From Octopus sinensis (taxonomy: Eukaryota), in assembly GCF_006345805.1 (NCBI RefSeq), contig NC_043004.1:8060001-8124000 (forward strand): DNA of 64,000 nucleotides. Direction: 5' to 3'. The notes under the pieces were generated by a model. The model saw nothing but the letters and a program-made list of their open reading frames with translations, did no database searches and was not told the origin of the DNA. Numbering within the stretch: position 1 is the first letter of the stretch; each line of letters begins with the position of its first letter. This document shows, piece after piece, positions 28,721 through 43,511 of the stretch. The position numbers were made by a program, and so were the translations under genes.

Positions 28721-28811
28721 TAACAATGATGATAATGATGATAATGATGATGATGATGATGCTGATGATGATAATAATAATAATAATAAATAATAATAAT
28801 AATAATAATAA

Positions 28812-28881
28812 CAGCACATACCCAAGGCACACAGAGCTGCGCTCGGTAGTGAAGTGAAAGCACGCTATAAAAATAAAACTA

Positions 28882-28888
<7 letters not shown>
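28812..28888 (+). mobile_element. Short insert in (TAA)n, probable 3' end of a TAA-associated LINE
   Basis: A unique ~75-bp segment ending AATAAAACTACTG, between two AAT tracts. Confidence 0.45.
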
Positions 28889-28933
<45 letters not shown>

Positions 28934-29918
28934 TGTGATGATGATAATGATGATGAAGATGATGAGTTGCTATTTTTAATTTGCTTTTTAAAAAATATTT
29001 TGTGATTCCGTTATGTATTATCTTTTCACGATTGACGAAGTTTATTTTATTAAAAAATAAACTGATCTTGATATTTTGTATTTTCCTCAGGAAAATGGAC
29101 GATGCCATCTTCCTTGATGAAGAAGCCGAGAATAAGAAATATAACAAACATAACTGAGTTATTGACCCCTAGTTTAAAAAAAAAAGACTTTCTGAAGGAT
29201 TAATCTGGAATATGTGAATTGTAGACGATTGATATTTGAGATGGAGCAAGAGGAAAATAGGTGAAGCACAGATCTGGACATATCATCATAGAAAAAAGGT
29301 GAGGGCAGATTTTAATAGCTTCCATCTGTATTATTTCTCTAAATAATCGCCTAATCGATTCACATATTTCTAGCGAGAGGCACTCCCCCCTTTTCATTTC
29401 CCCCGAGGTCTCACTTATTCTGAAGAACGAACCTGTGACCTTTTGTGTGACTTCAACGAACTCGGTTAATAACACGGTAGGATAGAAGCCTATTTATTAT
29501 TTTACCTCATTTTAGTCACGAATTAATCGGGAACAACTAACTGAAGTAAAACGAATTTTCCCTAAAGGGTCCCCCCTCGTTAGACCGAGTTCCCATTAGA
29601 TATATTGTTAACCTTTCAGCACATACATTGTGTGTTCTATAAGTTGTAATACTTGCCGTGTACCAGTGTTATAAGGGGGGAGAACGTTTGCTGTACATCT
29701 TCTATTTCCCGCTTGCTAAATTTTCGCTTCAGTAAATCCTTGCATATGCAATAATATCACTGTAATACATTACAACGAGCAGATACCTGTTAAAGATTCG
29801 TTAGCCTCTGAAATAGTGGGCATTATACGAAAATAAGATTTCCACTTCCGCTTATATGAGGTTCCTTTCATGTACGTGATTAATATCGTTGCGAACAGTT
29901 TGAATGTTAACCAGTCTA

Positions 29919-30081
29919 GGCGTAGGAGTGGCTGTGTGGTAAGTAGCTTGTTTACCAACCACATGGTTCCGGGTTCAGTCCCACTGCGTGGCACCTTGGG
30001 CAAGTGTCTTCTACTATAACTTCGGGTCGACCAAAGCCTTGTGAGTGGATTTGGTAGACGGAAACTGAAAGAAGCCTGTCG

Positions 30082-30145
<64 letters not shown>

Positions 30146-30346
30146 TGTGGCTGTGTTTGTCACCCCAACATCGTTTGACAACCGATGCTGGTGTGTTTAC
30201 GGCATCATAACCTAGCGGTTCGGCAAAAGTGACCGATAGAATAAATACTAGGCTTAGAAAGAATAAGTCCTGGGGTCGGTTTGCTCGACTAAAGGCGGTG
30301 CTCCAGCATGGCCACAGTCAAATGACTGAAACAAGTAAAAGAGAGA
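29919..30346 (+). mobile_element. tRNA-derived SINE family B, full-length, with internal (TA)n(TG)n
   Basis: Head TGGCTGTGTGGTAAG...GGGTTCAGTCCC, CORE-like CACCTTGGGCAAGTG, and tail CAGCATGGCC.CAGTCAAATGACTGAAACAAGTAAAAG. Confidence 0.9.
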
Positions 30347-31169
30347 GTCTCCCTACCTTATAATTCCATAAACTCCACATAAATATAATTCCTCCTATTA
30401 AAATGGTGAGTGCAGTATTCTATGGACAAGTCTCCGATTGATCTAAATGTTCTTCAATTGTTTTGCCTTTGACGTTAAGGACAACTCAGAATGTTACGTA
30501 AATCCCTTGTCTGTCTGCTCTAACCTGAAGTCTTACAAAGTCTATGATCTCCCCACCACCATCTTTGTCGTTGAAAGAAAGTCAGTGCTGAATGTCACAA
30601 CACTTCAAATGAGAATGGTGATATTGGTTTTCCCTAATATTTCGGCATCAAAGACCTTTAAATATATTTTGAAAGATTAATATTCGGCTTAGTCACCGAC
30701 CCTCGGAGACTGATGAAGTTGATATGGTTAATGATTCTTTTGAATTTTTGCAAGTCCACATTTGCAGGTAAAACCAGAAAGGGAAATGCTAAATAATCTG
30801 GGGGAGGAGGGAATGAGTAGAGTAGTAAGTGATGAATTGCAACTATAAGGAAACGGTACCAGTGTTGTTTAACGGAAAGTCTCAGACAATCGGGAGACCT
30901 TCTGTCATCGCAAGCGTCACCATCAGAAAGCAAAGAACCGGTATAGATCACCATATGAGATTCGAAGACTGTCCTCACATCCTACCCTATATTGGTACTT
31001 TACAGACAGAGAGACAGAGAAACAGACAGACATACCCCCCCCCCCACACACACACTCTTTCTCAAAGAATGGAAAAAGGGCGTTGGCCTCGGAAAGAGTT
31101 GAACTCAGAACCTAGTGAGGCGGAGCAAATACCTCCAGAAATTATATCCGACGTTCTTACGATTCAGGG

Positions 31170-31336
31170 AATTCTTTTATACTCAAGGCCCGAAATTTTT
31201 GGGGAGGGGGCCAGTCGATTAGATCGACCCCAGTATGCAACTGGTACTTAATTTATCGACCTCAAAAGTTTGAAAGGCAAAGTCGACCTCGGCGGAATTT
31301 GAACTCAGAACTGCTAACTACTGCCAGCTCGCCGCC
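31170..31336 (-). mobile_element. SINE family A (alternative tail B), internally deleted
   Basis: Core match, with tail GACTGGCCCCCTCCCCAAAAATTTCGGGCCTTG on the minus strand. Confidence 0.75.
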
Positions 31337-31371
31337 TTACGATTCAGCGAATTCGTTACAACGATTACTAT

Positions 31372-32110
31372 TATCTTTTGCTTGTTTCAGTCATTGGCCG
31401 GTGGTCATGCTGGGGCACCTTCTTGAAATGTTTAGTCCAGAGGTTTTCAACGTGGGCAGCACTGCCCCCAAGGGGTTGTCGGAGAGGGCGTTAGGCCTTA
31501 GGGGTCGGTAAGGTAACATAACATACTTCTTCTTATAGCTGTAATTATATTATATAAAATATTCAGTGTAGTGCCGTAATTGCTGATTAAGCAACGCAAT
31601 TAATTTGCAATAAGTCAGAGAGGAGACTTATGACTCCTTCTGACTAACATGGAACCTGATATAGAAAATTTAGCGAGATCTCACCTGGCACAGGTAAGTC
31701 ATTAACTCGCGAAATATAAAATTAAATTACAACTTTTGTCTTTATTCATTTTTTATCATTTCACTGCCAAAAGCTTATAAAATTCGTTTTTTTTTGCGTA
31801 AAATTTATAAATTATCGTGCATGCTAAGTTTAGGCAAAATACTTCAGTCACCAGTTTGGTGGGCGTTGAGTATAAGAAATATTTAAAATGGGGCGCTAAA
31901 AAAAAAAACACTGGTTTAGTCGAACAAATCGACCTCAGTGTTTATTCTTACTGCGGGCTTCAACACAGTTTCCATCCGCCAAGTTCACTGACAAGGCATT
32001 GGTCTGCCCATGACTACAATTGGAGACGCTTGCTCAAGGCACCTCGCAACAAGACTGGCTCCGAAACCCCATGGTTGAAAAGTGAGTTTCTTAACCAAAG
32101 AACCATGTCT
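31372..32110 (-). mobile_element. SINE family B split by a hAT insertion
   Basis: Tail at 31372-31437; the remainder at 31914-32110. Confidence 0.7.
31438..31913. mobile_element. Non-autonomous hAT-type DNA transposon
   Basis: Ends CAGAGGTTTTCAA ... AAAAACACTG, with an 8-bp TSD GTTTAGTC (31430-31437 and 31914-31921). Confidence 0.8.
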
Positions 32111-32319
32111 GCGACTATCTCTAAGTAAACGGAGGTTCTCGTATGTATTATAGACGCAGTATATAACCATAGACACATATTTAACTACACATTCATACGA
32201 GATAACTATTAAGACATTAATCCAAGTGGAAATGCTATAAAGATAATACAGTTGTCAATGACGACGTTGGGAACGGGGAACTGTCGGGCCTTTTTAGATT
32301 AATAAACCCAAACTCACAT

Positions 32320-32426
<107 letters not shown>

Positions 32427-32445
32427 ATTTATATATATATATATT

Positions 32446-32495
<50 letters not shown>

Positions 32496-32893
32496 TATAT
32501 TATTATATATATATATATATATATAAAATATATCGAAGCCAAAGCCTGAGAAGGAGAGAGAGAGCTTGATTGTTATATCATTCGGTCTCTAAGGACCCTC
32601 TGTACACGCATAGTTGTTTCTTAGCCGAGGTAAATATTTGACTCTAAAAACCACTGTTTTATTAAGTAGCCATACTGCGAGACGTTTCTGCATTGTCAGC
32701 TGGATATGTCTTCGAGAGTTATTAAAGCAGCAAATTAGCAGCTGCTGACTGAAGATCAGAACGGCTGCCTTCTGGAATACCAAACGGTTTACTATTTTGA
32801 GGAGAAACAATTGAAGATCAAAGGAAACACATTTCGCTTTAATGAAGTTAAGAATGTCTTTGTGAGATTATCATATAAAATATATCATATCAC

Positions 32894-32998
<105 letters not shown>

Positions 32999-33189
32999 CC
33001 TAAGGTTATCCATGTATCTCTGCGCATTCATGTATATCTGTACGTAAAAGTATGTGTGGGTACTTATATGTATACATAAAAATATAAAGCATTATATGTC
33101 TGTGCGCGCGCACACACTTATCTATATATATATAGTTATATTTACATGGATATGTAAATGTATAATATATTTATATCTATAATATATAT

Positions 33190-33264
<75 letters not shown>

Positions 33265-33265
<1 letters not shown>

Positions 33266-33860
33266 AGGAGCAGGAGTGGCTAAGTAGCTTGCTTAACAAC
33301 CACATGGTTCCGGGTTCAGTCCCACTGCGTGGCACCTTGGACAAGTGTCTTCTACTATATATTTCTTTACTACCCACAAGGGGCTAAACATAGAGGGGAC
33401 AAACAAGGACAGACAAAGGGATTCAGTCGATTACATCGACCCCAGTGCGTAACTGGTACTTAATTTACCGACCCCGAAAGGATGAAAGGCAAAGTCGACC
33501 ACGTGTCTTCTACTATAGCCTCGGGCCGACCAAAGACTTGTGAGTGAATTTGGTAGACGGAAACTGAAAGAAGCTCGTCGTATATATGTATATCTGTGTG
33601 TATGAGTGTGTGTATGTTTGTGTGTCTGTGTTTGTCCCCCAACATCGCTTGACAACCGTTGCTGGTGTGTTTACGTCCTCGTAACTTAGCGGTTCGGCAA
33701 GAGAGACCGATAGAATAAGTACTAGGTTTACAAAGTCTAGTACTTATTCTATCTAGCCTGGAGTCGATTTGCTCGACTAAAGGCGGTGCTCCAGTATGGC
33801 CGCAGTCAAATTACTGAAACAAATAAAAGAATAAAAGAAAAGAATAAAAGAAAAGAATAA
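33265..33860 (+). mobile_element. SINE family B containing a nested, 5'-truncated SINE A (33360-33500, minus)
   Basis: GTGTCTTCTACTATA is duplicated on both sides of the nested SINE A. Confidence 0.88.
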
Positions 33861-35196
33861 AGAATATATACGCACGTGTTGCGCGTGCGCACGCGATTGT
33901 GTGCGTATAGACGTAGATTTGGAGTCACTTGAATCCAGGTTCGATCTCACTGCGTGACATGTCAATAACGATATTAAAATACTACGAGGAAAGGCATTCT
34001 AATCGTGGCAATCACGTTGTTTATATATCAGGAACTATTTTATACCCAGTAGCTCCTCTTTTTTTTTTCTCTCTCTTGAAGTGATTTGTGACAGTTTTAA
34101 CTGAATACATTCGATGATGTTTTACAAGGAAGAAAATTTAAAGAAATTCTCTACGAAGACCGAAGCCATTGACTTCAGCTACGTCCATTAATTTTCCTTC
34201 TGTGAAATATTTCTTTTCTTCTAAACTTTCTCTTTAATTATTTTTCCCCACATTGCTCGACATTATGATGGATTACTTGTTGAGCTATAATATATTAAAC
34301 CGTTATAAATGCCGGCTTTTGATTCACAGTTTCTCACCTATTTTTTACATTGTAAATATCAGTTGCTTTTGTCACGATACGTAAGTCGATACGAAAGCAA
34401 AATGTTTTTAAAGACAATTATTTCTGTATTGCCAGAAGTGTTTAACAAACGCTGGAAAGATTTTGTCTTATGCTTTTAAGCGAAATAGCAAGACTGCTGT
34501 AGCTTGGCGTGGAAATAATGTAAAATTCCGATTTAACTAAACGATGATTTCAACACTCTCCATCGTTGTACGTTCGTAAAAATTGAATGCATTAAAATTG
34601 AGGAACATCAGTTATTTCAGTTTATGTTTTTGATTTGTTGTTAATTGTTTAATTAATTAGTAAATCAGGGGAAGAGGAAGGAAGGTGAGGAGGAGAAGAA
34701 TGCTTCATTCCCTTTGTCCTTCTCTCCCACTTGTGAAACTGATGCGATCGATATTCCTGTGAGATATTTTCTGGCAATTGGTTTGTAGTCAAAACGTGAC
34801 GAGCAAGAGTCCTGTCAGAAGATTTGTAAATGTATAGATTCTTTTAAAGAAAACCAACGGCTTGATGGTGGTCTTAGACTTAACTCTCTAAACCCAACAT
34901 GAAAAGAAAAAGAAAACAGAAAAACAGAAAAAGAAGGGACCACAGCGATTATCTTAGCACCGGCATTGAAATGGCATGAGAGTACCTTGGTGAGTCTTCG
35001 ACATGCTACTCGGATGGCAAAATTATAAAATTAACAATGCTCAAGGAATAAGTGATTACCAGATTACAAGAATGGTACTGTAAAATCCGGCCTTAGAGAA
35101 TATGTTTGTATTAGCAAAAGTGCTAAATTACTAAACAGACGTAATTGTTTGTTCGGATGTCATTGACAAAGAAACAGAGAATATTATGTAATTCTC

Positions 35197-35296
35197 NNNN
35201 NNNNNNNNNNNNNNNNNNNNNNNNNNNNNNNNNNNNNNNNNNNNNNNNNNNNNNNNNNNNNNNNNNNNNNNNNNNNNNNNNNNNNNNNNNNNNNNN
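35197..35296. other. Assembly gap (100 N)
   Basis: Run of N. Confidence 0.99.
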
Positions 35297-35366
35297 AATC
35301 AAAACATTATATAAGGCATGTACATATATATATCTATATATATATATATATATGGTATATATATAT

Positions 35367-35429
<63 letters not shown>

Positions 35430-35890
35430 CAGAAGTAATTAAAACTCATAAGTTGAAGCATCAAGCCAGTCAAGTATTATCTGCCCAGTTCGAAAGTAGG
35501 GGAATAAAAACAAAATAAGTAACACCTTCTTTAAATGTATTTCTTACATTTTTCTAGAAATTCTTATTATTTTTATTTCTTATTTTGTTATGTTTACCTT
35601 ATTAATCTGTTATCGGTTATGTTCTACCATTATATTGTTAAATTTAGTATGGTACTGAATTTTGTATTTTTGCATTCCTATTTACTTTCGCTTATACTGA
35701 TATATAACAATCTTTGAATCGTTGAGCCTGTTGCATCTCATCCCCGCACGCATCCAGGTTAAGATGTGGCTCAGTATGGCCCTTAAATTGTTATTTTTCA
35801 TGTTGTTAAATTGAGGTTTTTAGTTACTTATGTTTACGCCAAATAATTATAATATATCTTTTATATAAGCATATATAGATGTGGTATAAG

Positions 35891-36005
<115 letters not shown>

Positions 36006-36968
36006 ATATATGTATATATATATAAATATAAAGATATATGCATATATATGTGTGTGTATATATATATATGTATATATCTAACTCCTTTTTGCATATGTAT
36101 CTGTATGTATTATTTTCAATACTATTACACCTACTTATATTTGTAGACACTTTTTCTAGTATATTTATGTTTAATTATATCTATTATCTTATTATCCTGT
36201 TTCTGATTCGCTACTTTCATTCAGTAGATAGCATGTATATCTTTCCAGATATTCCATATGCAAGTGGTTTGAGTGAGTCTTTATAAAGACCAGCTAGTAG
36301 TTAATTAATTAAGTGAAGATGAGGTATTACATTGATTCTACATAATAGTAATATTTCTTTTAATGCTTAAAATTGATCCTAATACACCTTTTAGCTTATT
36401 TGGTTATGATATCAATTTTCTGAAATTTAAAAAATTCTCATAAAACATGATAATGTTGTTTATAAACCTTCTCCCACTGAGCCCCTAATATTTTTTCTGA
36501 ATCCCATTGTGGCATCCTAAGTTTCATAGTGTTTTTCCCTTTAACTGGTAATAACATGAATTAATGTCACCCCTACTCCAACCACTGTTATAGACTGTTA
36601 CTTCTACCTAATTAACTCTCTTCTAAAGTTTTGTTTCTTTTTCTTGTGGGGTGGGGGTACCTTAGAAAATATTCATGACCAATAGCCAGCCATGAGCTGT
36701 CAACTCACTTTTGCTCTTTATTAAAAATATACAGTCTTCTAGCTTCAGATTTTAGTTGAATGATAAGGAAATAGATAATATTTGGAAATGAATTATGACC
36801 ATATGACCATCCACTGTTTCATTTCACTCTATAAATAATTTGTAGTCTGTTCTCTTAGCTATTCCTGTTACAATAGCCACAACATTAATTTCTTCCACCC
36901 TCTTGCTCTGTTAAAATATTTAAGAAAAATTATATTAATATATCTTGTCTGTTGAAATTCCATATCTG

Positions 36969-37056
36969 TGCAGCTGAAGATAGCGCCGTATTTAAAATTG
37001 ATGTAATAATTGCACTGTTTCAATTAAATGGAGTCGCTTGAAACGGTCGTACTGCA
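36969..37056 (+). ncRNA. Type I hammerhead ribozyme candidate
   Basis: TGCAG-CTGAAGA-tAGCG...CGCTt-GAAAC-GGTC-GTA-CTGCA: stem I, intact core, long stem II, short stem III, GUA cleavage triplet. Confidence 0.7.
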
Positions 37057-37442
37057 TTACTACTTGAAATCCTGTTACTTATTTTGATTATACACACACA
37101 CACACACACACACGAAATACATAAATACATTCATAATTTATATATGCATAAGTTGTTTCTTGGGACGGAAGGTGGTGGATTTTTTTCGTATCGAAGTACG
37201 GTAAATTGAAAAAATATTCATTTTACATTTCAGGGTAGGCAACCAAAGTTGCCGGGTATGCGAATAACAATACAAGAGTTAAAGAATGGGGTAGATAAAA
37301 TGTAAACTTTCATTTAATCAAGATATGCTTGGCCTGAAAAGTAGCCTGCGGTTTACACCTCGCTTGGATATTTACCACTTCTGAAGTTCCGGTCGCTATG
37401 AAACATCTAACCCGGATCTTATCTACCCTATTCCTTAACCGT

Positions 37443-37503
<61 letters not shown>

Positions 37504-37617
37504 TATCTTGGCAAAACGGCTTCTGGCCACAGGGACGGCATCGAGTTGGTGTTGCTGATATATATATATATATGTATGTGTGTGTGTTGTGTGTGTGTGT
37601 GTGAGTGTGTGTGTGTG

Positions 37618-37657
<40 letters not shown>

Positions 37658-39886
37658 TACGCGTTTACATTTTCTGCTGATATTTTTGACAGGAACAAAA
37701 CGGAGTGGATAAGAAATATGAATGAAATATGTTGAAAGAGGTTCTATCTTTATATCCATCTGGAACATTTTTGTAATTTATCATTTGAAGAAGGGGAAGA
37801 CCAGCAATTTTTAGGGCTGTTAGGTTTAACGATCAGAAACACACACACATACTCGCACACATACATACATACGCTCACATACATACACACGTGATATATT
37901 AAAATCTCTTCAACCCTAAACGTTGACAAGAATTAATTAGTTTTAATATAGTTAATACATTTTTAATATCATCTGCCGCACCGTAAAAAGCACTTATTGC
38001 CGACTTCTGTTCATTTTTCTTACATTAGATCAACTTAACGTCATTGGAAATAAATTGAGTAGAAAATATGCTTAAGAATACAAAGAAACTGACGGCAAGA
38101 CATATCAAAGAAACAAAAGAATAACATTCGTTAGAAGCAACTTTGGTGAAGCAGTTTTCGTAATTCTGCCACCGCTGGTTGTGTTGACGAGGTCAGACTT
38201 AAACAAACCACTTGTAACAGTTGAACAGGTTTCTATTCATCTGTTATATTTAACATTAGCTCAGCTGGAGATTTGCCAAGATGTTCGCCTGTAGTAGAAA
38301 CAACCTAAATGATGTTTTAATGGTACTATGTTAATTAATTAATCTTAAAGTGCAACTAGGCATGACTGTGTGGTTAAAAGTATGGTTCCCGACTTAGGAG
38401 TTTTGTGTTCGAATCCAGCTGCGCGCCCTAGATATTTATCTTTTGTAGTAAGAGCCTAAATGAAGTTTTAACGATTCTATTTTCATTAATTGGTCTTAAA
38501 ATGCAACTAAACATAACTGTGTGGTTAAAAGTTCGTTTCTCAATCAAGAGGTTTCGGGTTCGACCCTACTACATGGTGCTACATTCGGAAAGTATATTTT
38601 ACCATAGTCAAAAATCAACCGGAACCTTGTGAATAAAATTTTCTTCAAGAAAACTGTGTAGAATCCTCCAGATGGGATGTTCCTGTACTTGGGTGGTAGA
38701 GTTTATTCGTGGCCCGATTAATCTTCGACTGCCCTTTGCAGAGTAAATTTCATTGTGAGCCTTCAATCCGGTCACTGGGTAACTTTCTCCTCTCCTCCTA
38801 CTTGGGGCTGAGTCCTCGACAAAAAGTTTATGAGTGTTGCGCTTTCTTCTCGGACTACACGATAAAAAATATGTCGTATTTTCTGGCACTCAAGTTCACA
38901 TAACGCATAGTGTAAACATTGACTGTAAATATCCAGACATCGTTGCTATCTTTCCAAATCGTTCTGCATTTCACATGGAATTATTGATCCTTCAGTGTCA
39001 TCTTAATTTTTAAGTCGACCCAGCAGTTTTGACTTCAAATTTTGGCCTAATAATTCTACGTATGTACCGTAAAAAATGCAGTTATCATAGCAATGTGTTA
39101 TTACAAACAAATAACACTGTTGATTTTTAGCTACCAAATATAGATTCGACCCCTGATCACTGTGCTCCGTTTTTATTTATAACCTTCAAGCTTATATTGT
39201 TGCTGTCTATGAAAATGCTGTAAATCTTTATGACATATGCTGAAGCATGTGGCATATTAAATACCTCAGTATACATACATACATACATACATACATACAT
39301 ACATACATACATGCATACATACATACAAACACTCTTTCGTTTCACTCTCTTTCTCTCTCTTATTCTTTTACCTCCTCTTCTCCCAATATTCTGTCCTATT
39401 ACTCTGTCACTCAATCTCCCTAACTCCTCCCCCCTTGCTCACGTGACTCCCACGTGACCAACGACCATCTTTCTTTCTTCACCTACTTATATTTCTTTCT
39501 TTCGCTCCGTTGTAGCTGGAACAAGGAAGACGTGTTCTTGTCTGTCTCCTGTCCAAGCTTGAATAATGCGCTCGCCACCACAACCTCGTTTAGGTTTAGC
39601 AGCCCTTCCTGCTTGTTTTCACTGTCCTGTTTGTGTTACCAATTTAGACCCTCCGCAAAATCCTAAATTTTATTTAATTTGCTTTGCGGGAGCAACTGTT
39701 TTATAGAAAGCGTAACTTGTTAAATGCTGGAAATACGAGAGTAGAAAAAAGTCCAACAACTCATGAAGGGTCGTTTTTTGTGTTGTTTGTCTTGTTTTCC
39801 ATTTGTGTCTTTCATAGTTCATATTCCATGTACTCGTACTTCGTAATTTTTGTTGTACACGTTTCATGACGTCCTGTACCCACATA

Positions 39887-39940
<54 letters not shown>

Positions 39941-40051
39941 GTATGTATATGTATATATATATATATATGTCAATTAAAAACAGAGGCAAAAGAAGAAAAA
40001 AAGAAAGACAAACACGCGGGAGGACATAGCACAGGACATAGCGAGGACATA

Positions 40052-40288
40052 GCGGCTATCTGGTAGAAACGTTAGCACGCCGGGCAAAATGCTTAGCGGT
40101 ATTTCGTCTGCTTTTACGACCTGAGTTCAAATTCTGCCGAGGTCGACTTTGCCTTTCATCCTTTCGGCGTCGATTAAATAAGTACCAGTTATGCACTGAG
40201 GTCAATGTAATCGACTTAATCCCTTTGTCTGTCCTTGTTTGTCCCCTCTATGTTTAGTCCCGCCCCCTGTGGGCAATAAAGAAATACA
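40052..40288 (+). mobile_element. SINE family A, inserted in a PLE pLTR-like relic (39970-40400)
   Basis: Head, core and tail match. The flanks resemble 16240-16380 and 45300-45430. Confidence 0.85.
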
Positions 40289-40405
40289 TATGACGCTCGG
40301 TGAAAAAAGAGAGTTGTTTCTTCGTCGGAAACAGGAAAAACAAGAAAGTCCAAAGAGAAAGGAGGAAAAATCGCCAACATTCCACGTGCGGTTGCATTTT
40401 TATAC

Positions 40406-40443
<38 letters not shown>

Positions 40444-41031
40444 GTGCATGTGTGTGTATGTGTCTACATAGACCATTGTATGTGAGTGTATGTCAATCGT
40501 GTGTTGTATACATCCCATTTACGTGGTATGCGCATGTACACGCGCACTATAATAGGTACGAATGAATATCTTACGAATTGATTAAATTTTTTACAGAATT
40601 ACTAAAATAACAAGGTGCTGCCCCCTATGTAAAACTGTAAACCTTGCTAATGAAAACATATCATCAGATTTAAACTTTCCCCTTCTGTGCACACACACAC
40701 ACAAACACACACGCGCGCGCGCGCGCGGAAGGTCTCGTCTTTAGCCATAACGAAGAATTCTGCAATCAATTAGATCTAAAACGAAAAGCAGACATTTTGG
40801 CCCCATGGATATTTCTTCGTTAAATACGCCTTGATTTAGCGCCGACGAGGCAACAAGTCGCTGCCGATGACGATGTCTGCCACTAAGTCTGGTTTGCTGA
40901 CAACTTCTAAGTTGACGCAGTATTATTTTTAGTGGAATGGAATTTGTTGTTTAAGTCAAGGAGAACAATCCGGAGGGAGTGACCGAGACTGGTCGGTCGG
41001 TTGTGGCCGGTGAAAAATAAGTCTTTCACAA

Positions 41032-41305
41032 TCCACCACCACCACCACCACCACCACCACCAACCGCCGCCACCTCCACTACCACCACCACCACCACCAA
41101 CCGCCGCCACCACCAACCGCCGCCACCACCACCACCAACCGCTGCCACCACCACCACCACCACCACCACCTCAACTACCGCCGCCACCACCACCACCGCC
41201 ACCACCACCACCGCCACCACCACCACCACCACCACCACCACCGCTACTACTATTACTACTACTACTACTACTACCACCACCACCACCACCACCACCACCA
41301 CCACC

Positions 41306-41367
<62 letters not shown>

Positions 41368-41380
41368 CACTACCACTACC
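41032..41380 (+). repeat. (CCA)n/(CTA)n trinucleotide tract
   Basis: Seen directly. Confidence 0.95.
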
Positions 41381-41525
41381 AATTTATAGCTATCAGCACT
41401 ACAGATGTCTTTAATTTAATCCTACTTAAAGCGAAGGTCAAGAGTCATTTACTTTCCATACTTGTTGCTCCTTCTTACCGCAATAAACATCACTGTTCGA
41501 AGTTCCGTTTCATATGTGGATATTA

Positions 41526-41586
<61 letters not shown>

Positions 41587-41847
41587 GAGAGAGAGAGAGA
41601 GATTTAATAACAATAAATAAGAGACGAGCGGCGCTCATAACAGGTTGCTTTGTTGGTGGCTCCTCTTCTCGTGTTTAATGTCTCTGTTGTGTTCTTATCT
41701 CGATGTCATCTCTTGATGATATCTCACTCTTCATCCCATTTTATTGATGCTGTTTTACTGCATAAAAGAAGCGGGTATTTCCGAAAAACACAAACTTTGA
41801 TTCCTTCAATCAACAAACTAGGAATATACATAGAAAATATTTTTACA

Positions 41848-42040
41848 TTTTGCTTGTTTCAGTCGTTGGACTGCGGTCATGCTGGGGCACTGCATTGAAG
41901 GGTTTGGGTCAAACGAATCGACTCCAGGACTTACTTTTGTGTTTAAAGTTTGGTACTTATTCCATCGGTTTATTTTGTCGAACCGCTAGTTTGCGGGGAA
42001 GTAACAAAGCAACACTGTATGTCAAGTTATGGGGATTGGA

Positions 42041-42075
<35 letters not shown>

Positions 42076-42302
42076 GCAAACACGCATACATGCAAACACA
42101 CACACACACACACACAAATATATATCTATATATATATATACGATGGGCTTCCACACAATTTCCATCTACCAAATTCACTCACACAGCAATAGTCAGACTG
42201 AAGCTATAGTAAAAGACACTTGCCCAAGGTGCCGCACAGGGGAATTGAATCTCAAAGGAGGTGGTTGCAAAGGGAACCTCTTAACTGCACAGCCACCCTT
42301 GC
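41848..42302 (-). mobile_element. SINE family B, diverged
   Basis: Reverse-complement match to 29919-30346. Confidence 0.8.
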
Positions 42303-42431
42303 ACTAAATGAAAGAAATGAAAATAAGACAAAGGTGGTGCTCCAGCATGGCCCCAGACTCTGGTTGAAACCAGTAAACAAAAATCACAGCCCACACAAAT
42401 GCTTCTAGTTTAGATGTTGTTGATGATGCTG

Positions 42432-42635
42432 ATTGTTTCTAATTTTGGCACAAGGCCAGCAATTTTTACGGAGAGGGAGAAATACGATTATATTCACTCC
42501 AGTGCTCGACTGGTTCTGATTTTTGGCGACCCCGAGAGAATAAAAGCGAAGTTGACATCGGCAGAGTTTGAACTCGGATCGTAATGAATATAAAGAAACA
42601 TCTTATCCGACGTGGTAACTTTGCTGGTTCACCGC
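42432..42635 (-). mobile_element. Diverged SINE family A (tail B)
   Basis: Tail GCTGGCCTTGTGCCAAAATTAGAAAC on the minus strand, plus a diverged core. Confidence 0.6.
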
Positions 42636-42651
42636 ATTGATAATGATGATA

Positions 42652-42713
<62 letters not shown>

Positions 42714-42715
<2 letters not shown>

Positions 42716-43511
42716 CAGGCCAACATATTAAAGAACGGCAGTAGCCCAACATGTGTATGCCGACAACAATATGAAACCATTGATCATGCTGTCTCCAAAT
42801 GCAGTCTTCTAGCGCCTACAGAGTACCTCAACAGGCATGATAGAGCTGCACAATATATTCACTGGGTAATTTGCAAAAACCTGGATTTGCCCCATGAAAA
42901 AAACTGGTGGGAACACAATCCACCTCCAGTGCTTGAAAATGACCACATCTCACTCCTCTGGAACATCACCATTCAAACTGACAGAAAGATAGATGCAAAT
43001 AGGCCAGACATCATATTGAAATACTTCAGACAAAGAACATGCCTCCTCATTGATATGACTGTCCCAATCGATATAAACGTTTCTGTCAAGTCCTACCAAA
43101 AACTGATCAGATATAAAGATCTTGAAATAGAAATCAGCAAAATGTGGAACCTGAAGACTAAAACAATACCTGTTGTCATAGGTGCCCTGGGAATGATAGC
43201 GAAAGGGGCTGATTGCTATCTAACTCAGATACCAGGAAACCCCAAAATGGCAGAAATTCAAAAGATAGTGCACATGGGAACTGCTCATATCCTACGCAAA
43301 ATACTCTCTATGTAATCCCAAGGTTTAAAACAAACTTTTTTTATTTTTTTATTTATGTATTAGACATTCACTAGTACAACACCAAAAACAACAACAAATA
43401 TATGGCACACTAGGCCTAACAACAACGTGAACTTCTAGCCTGTTGTCTCTTGAGGTCTCTGGGTGAGACTTGGAGCCAACTTGTACAGACATAAAGCAAA
43501 CGTCAAACATA

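Noticed and set aside
30420-30760. Possible very old RT remnant on the minus strand
   Set aside because: Only a faint QGS-like resemblance, not supportable without a profile search.
41001-41414. Poly-His/Pro/Leu ORF resembling a formin or transcription factor exon
   Set aside because: It is a pure (CCA)n/(CTA)n microsatellite read-through with no splice or domain context.
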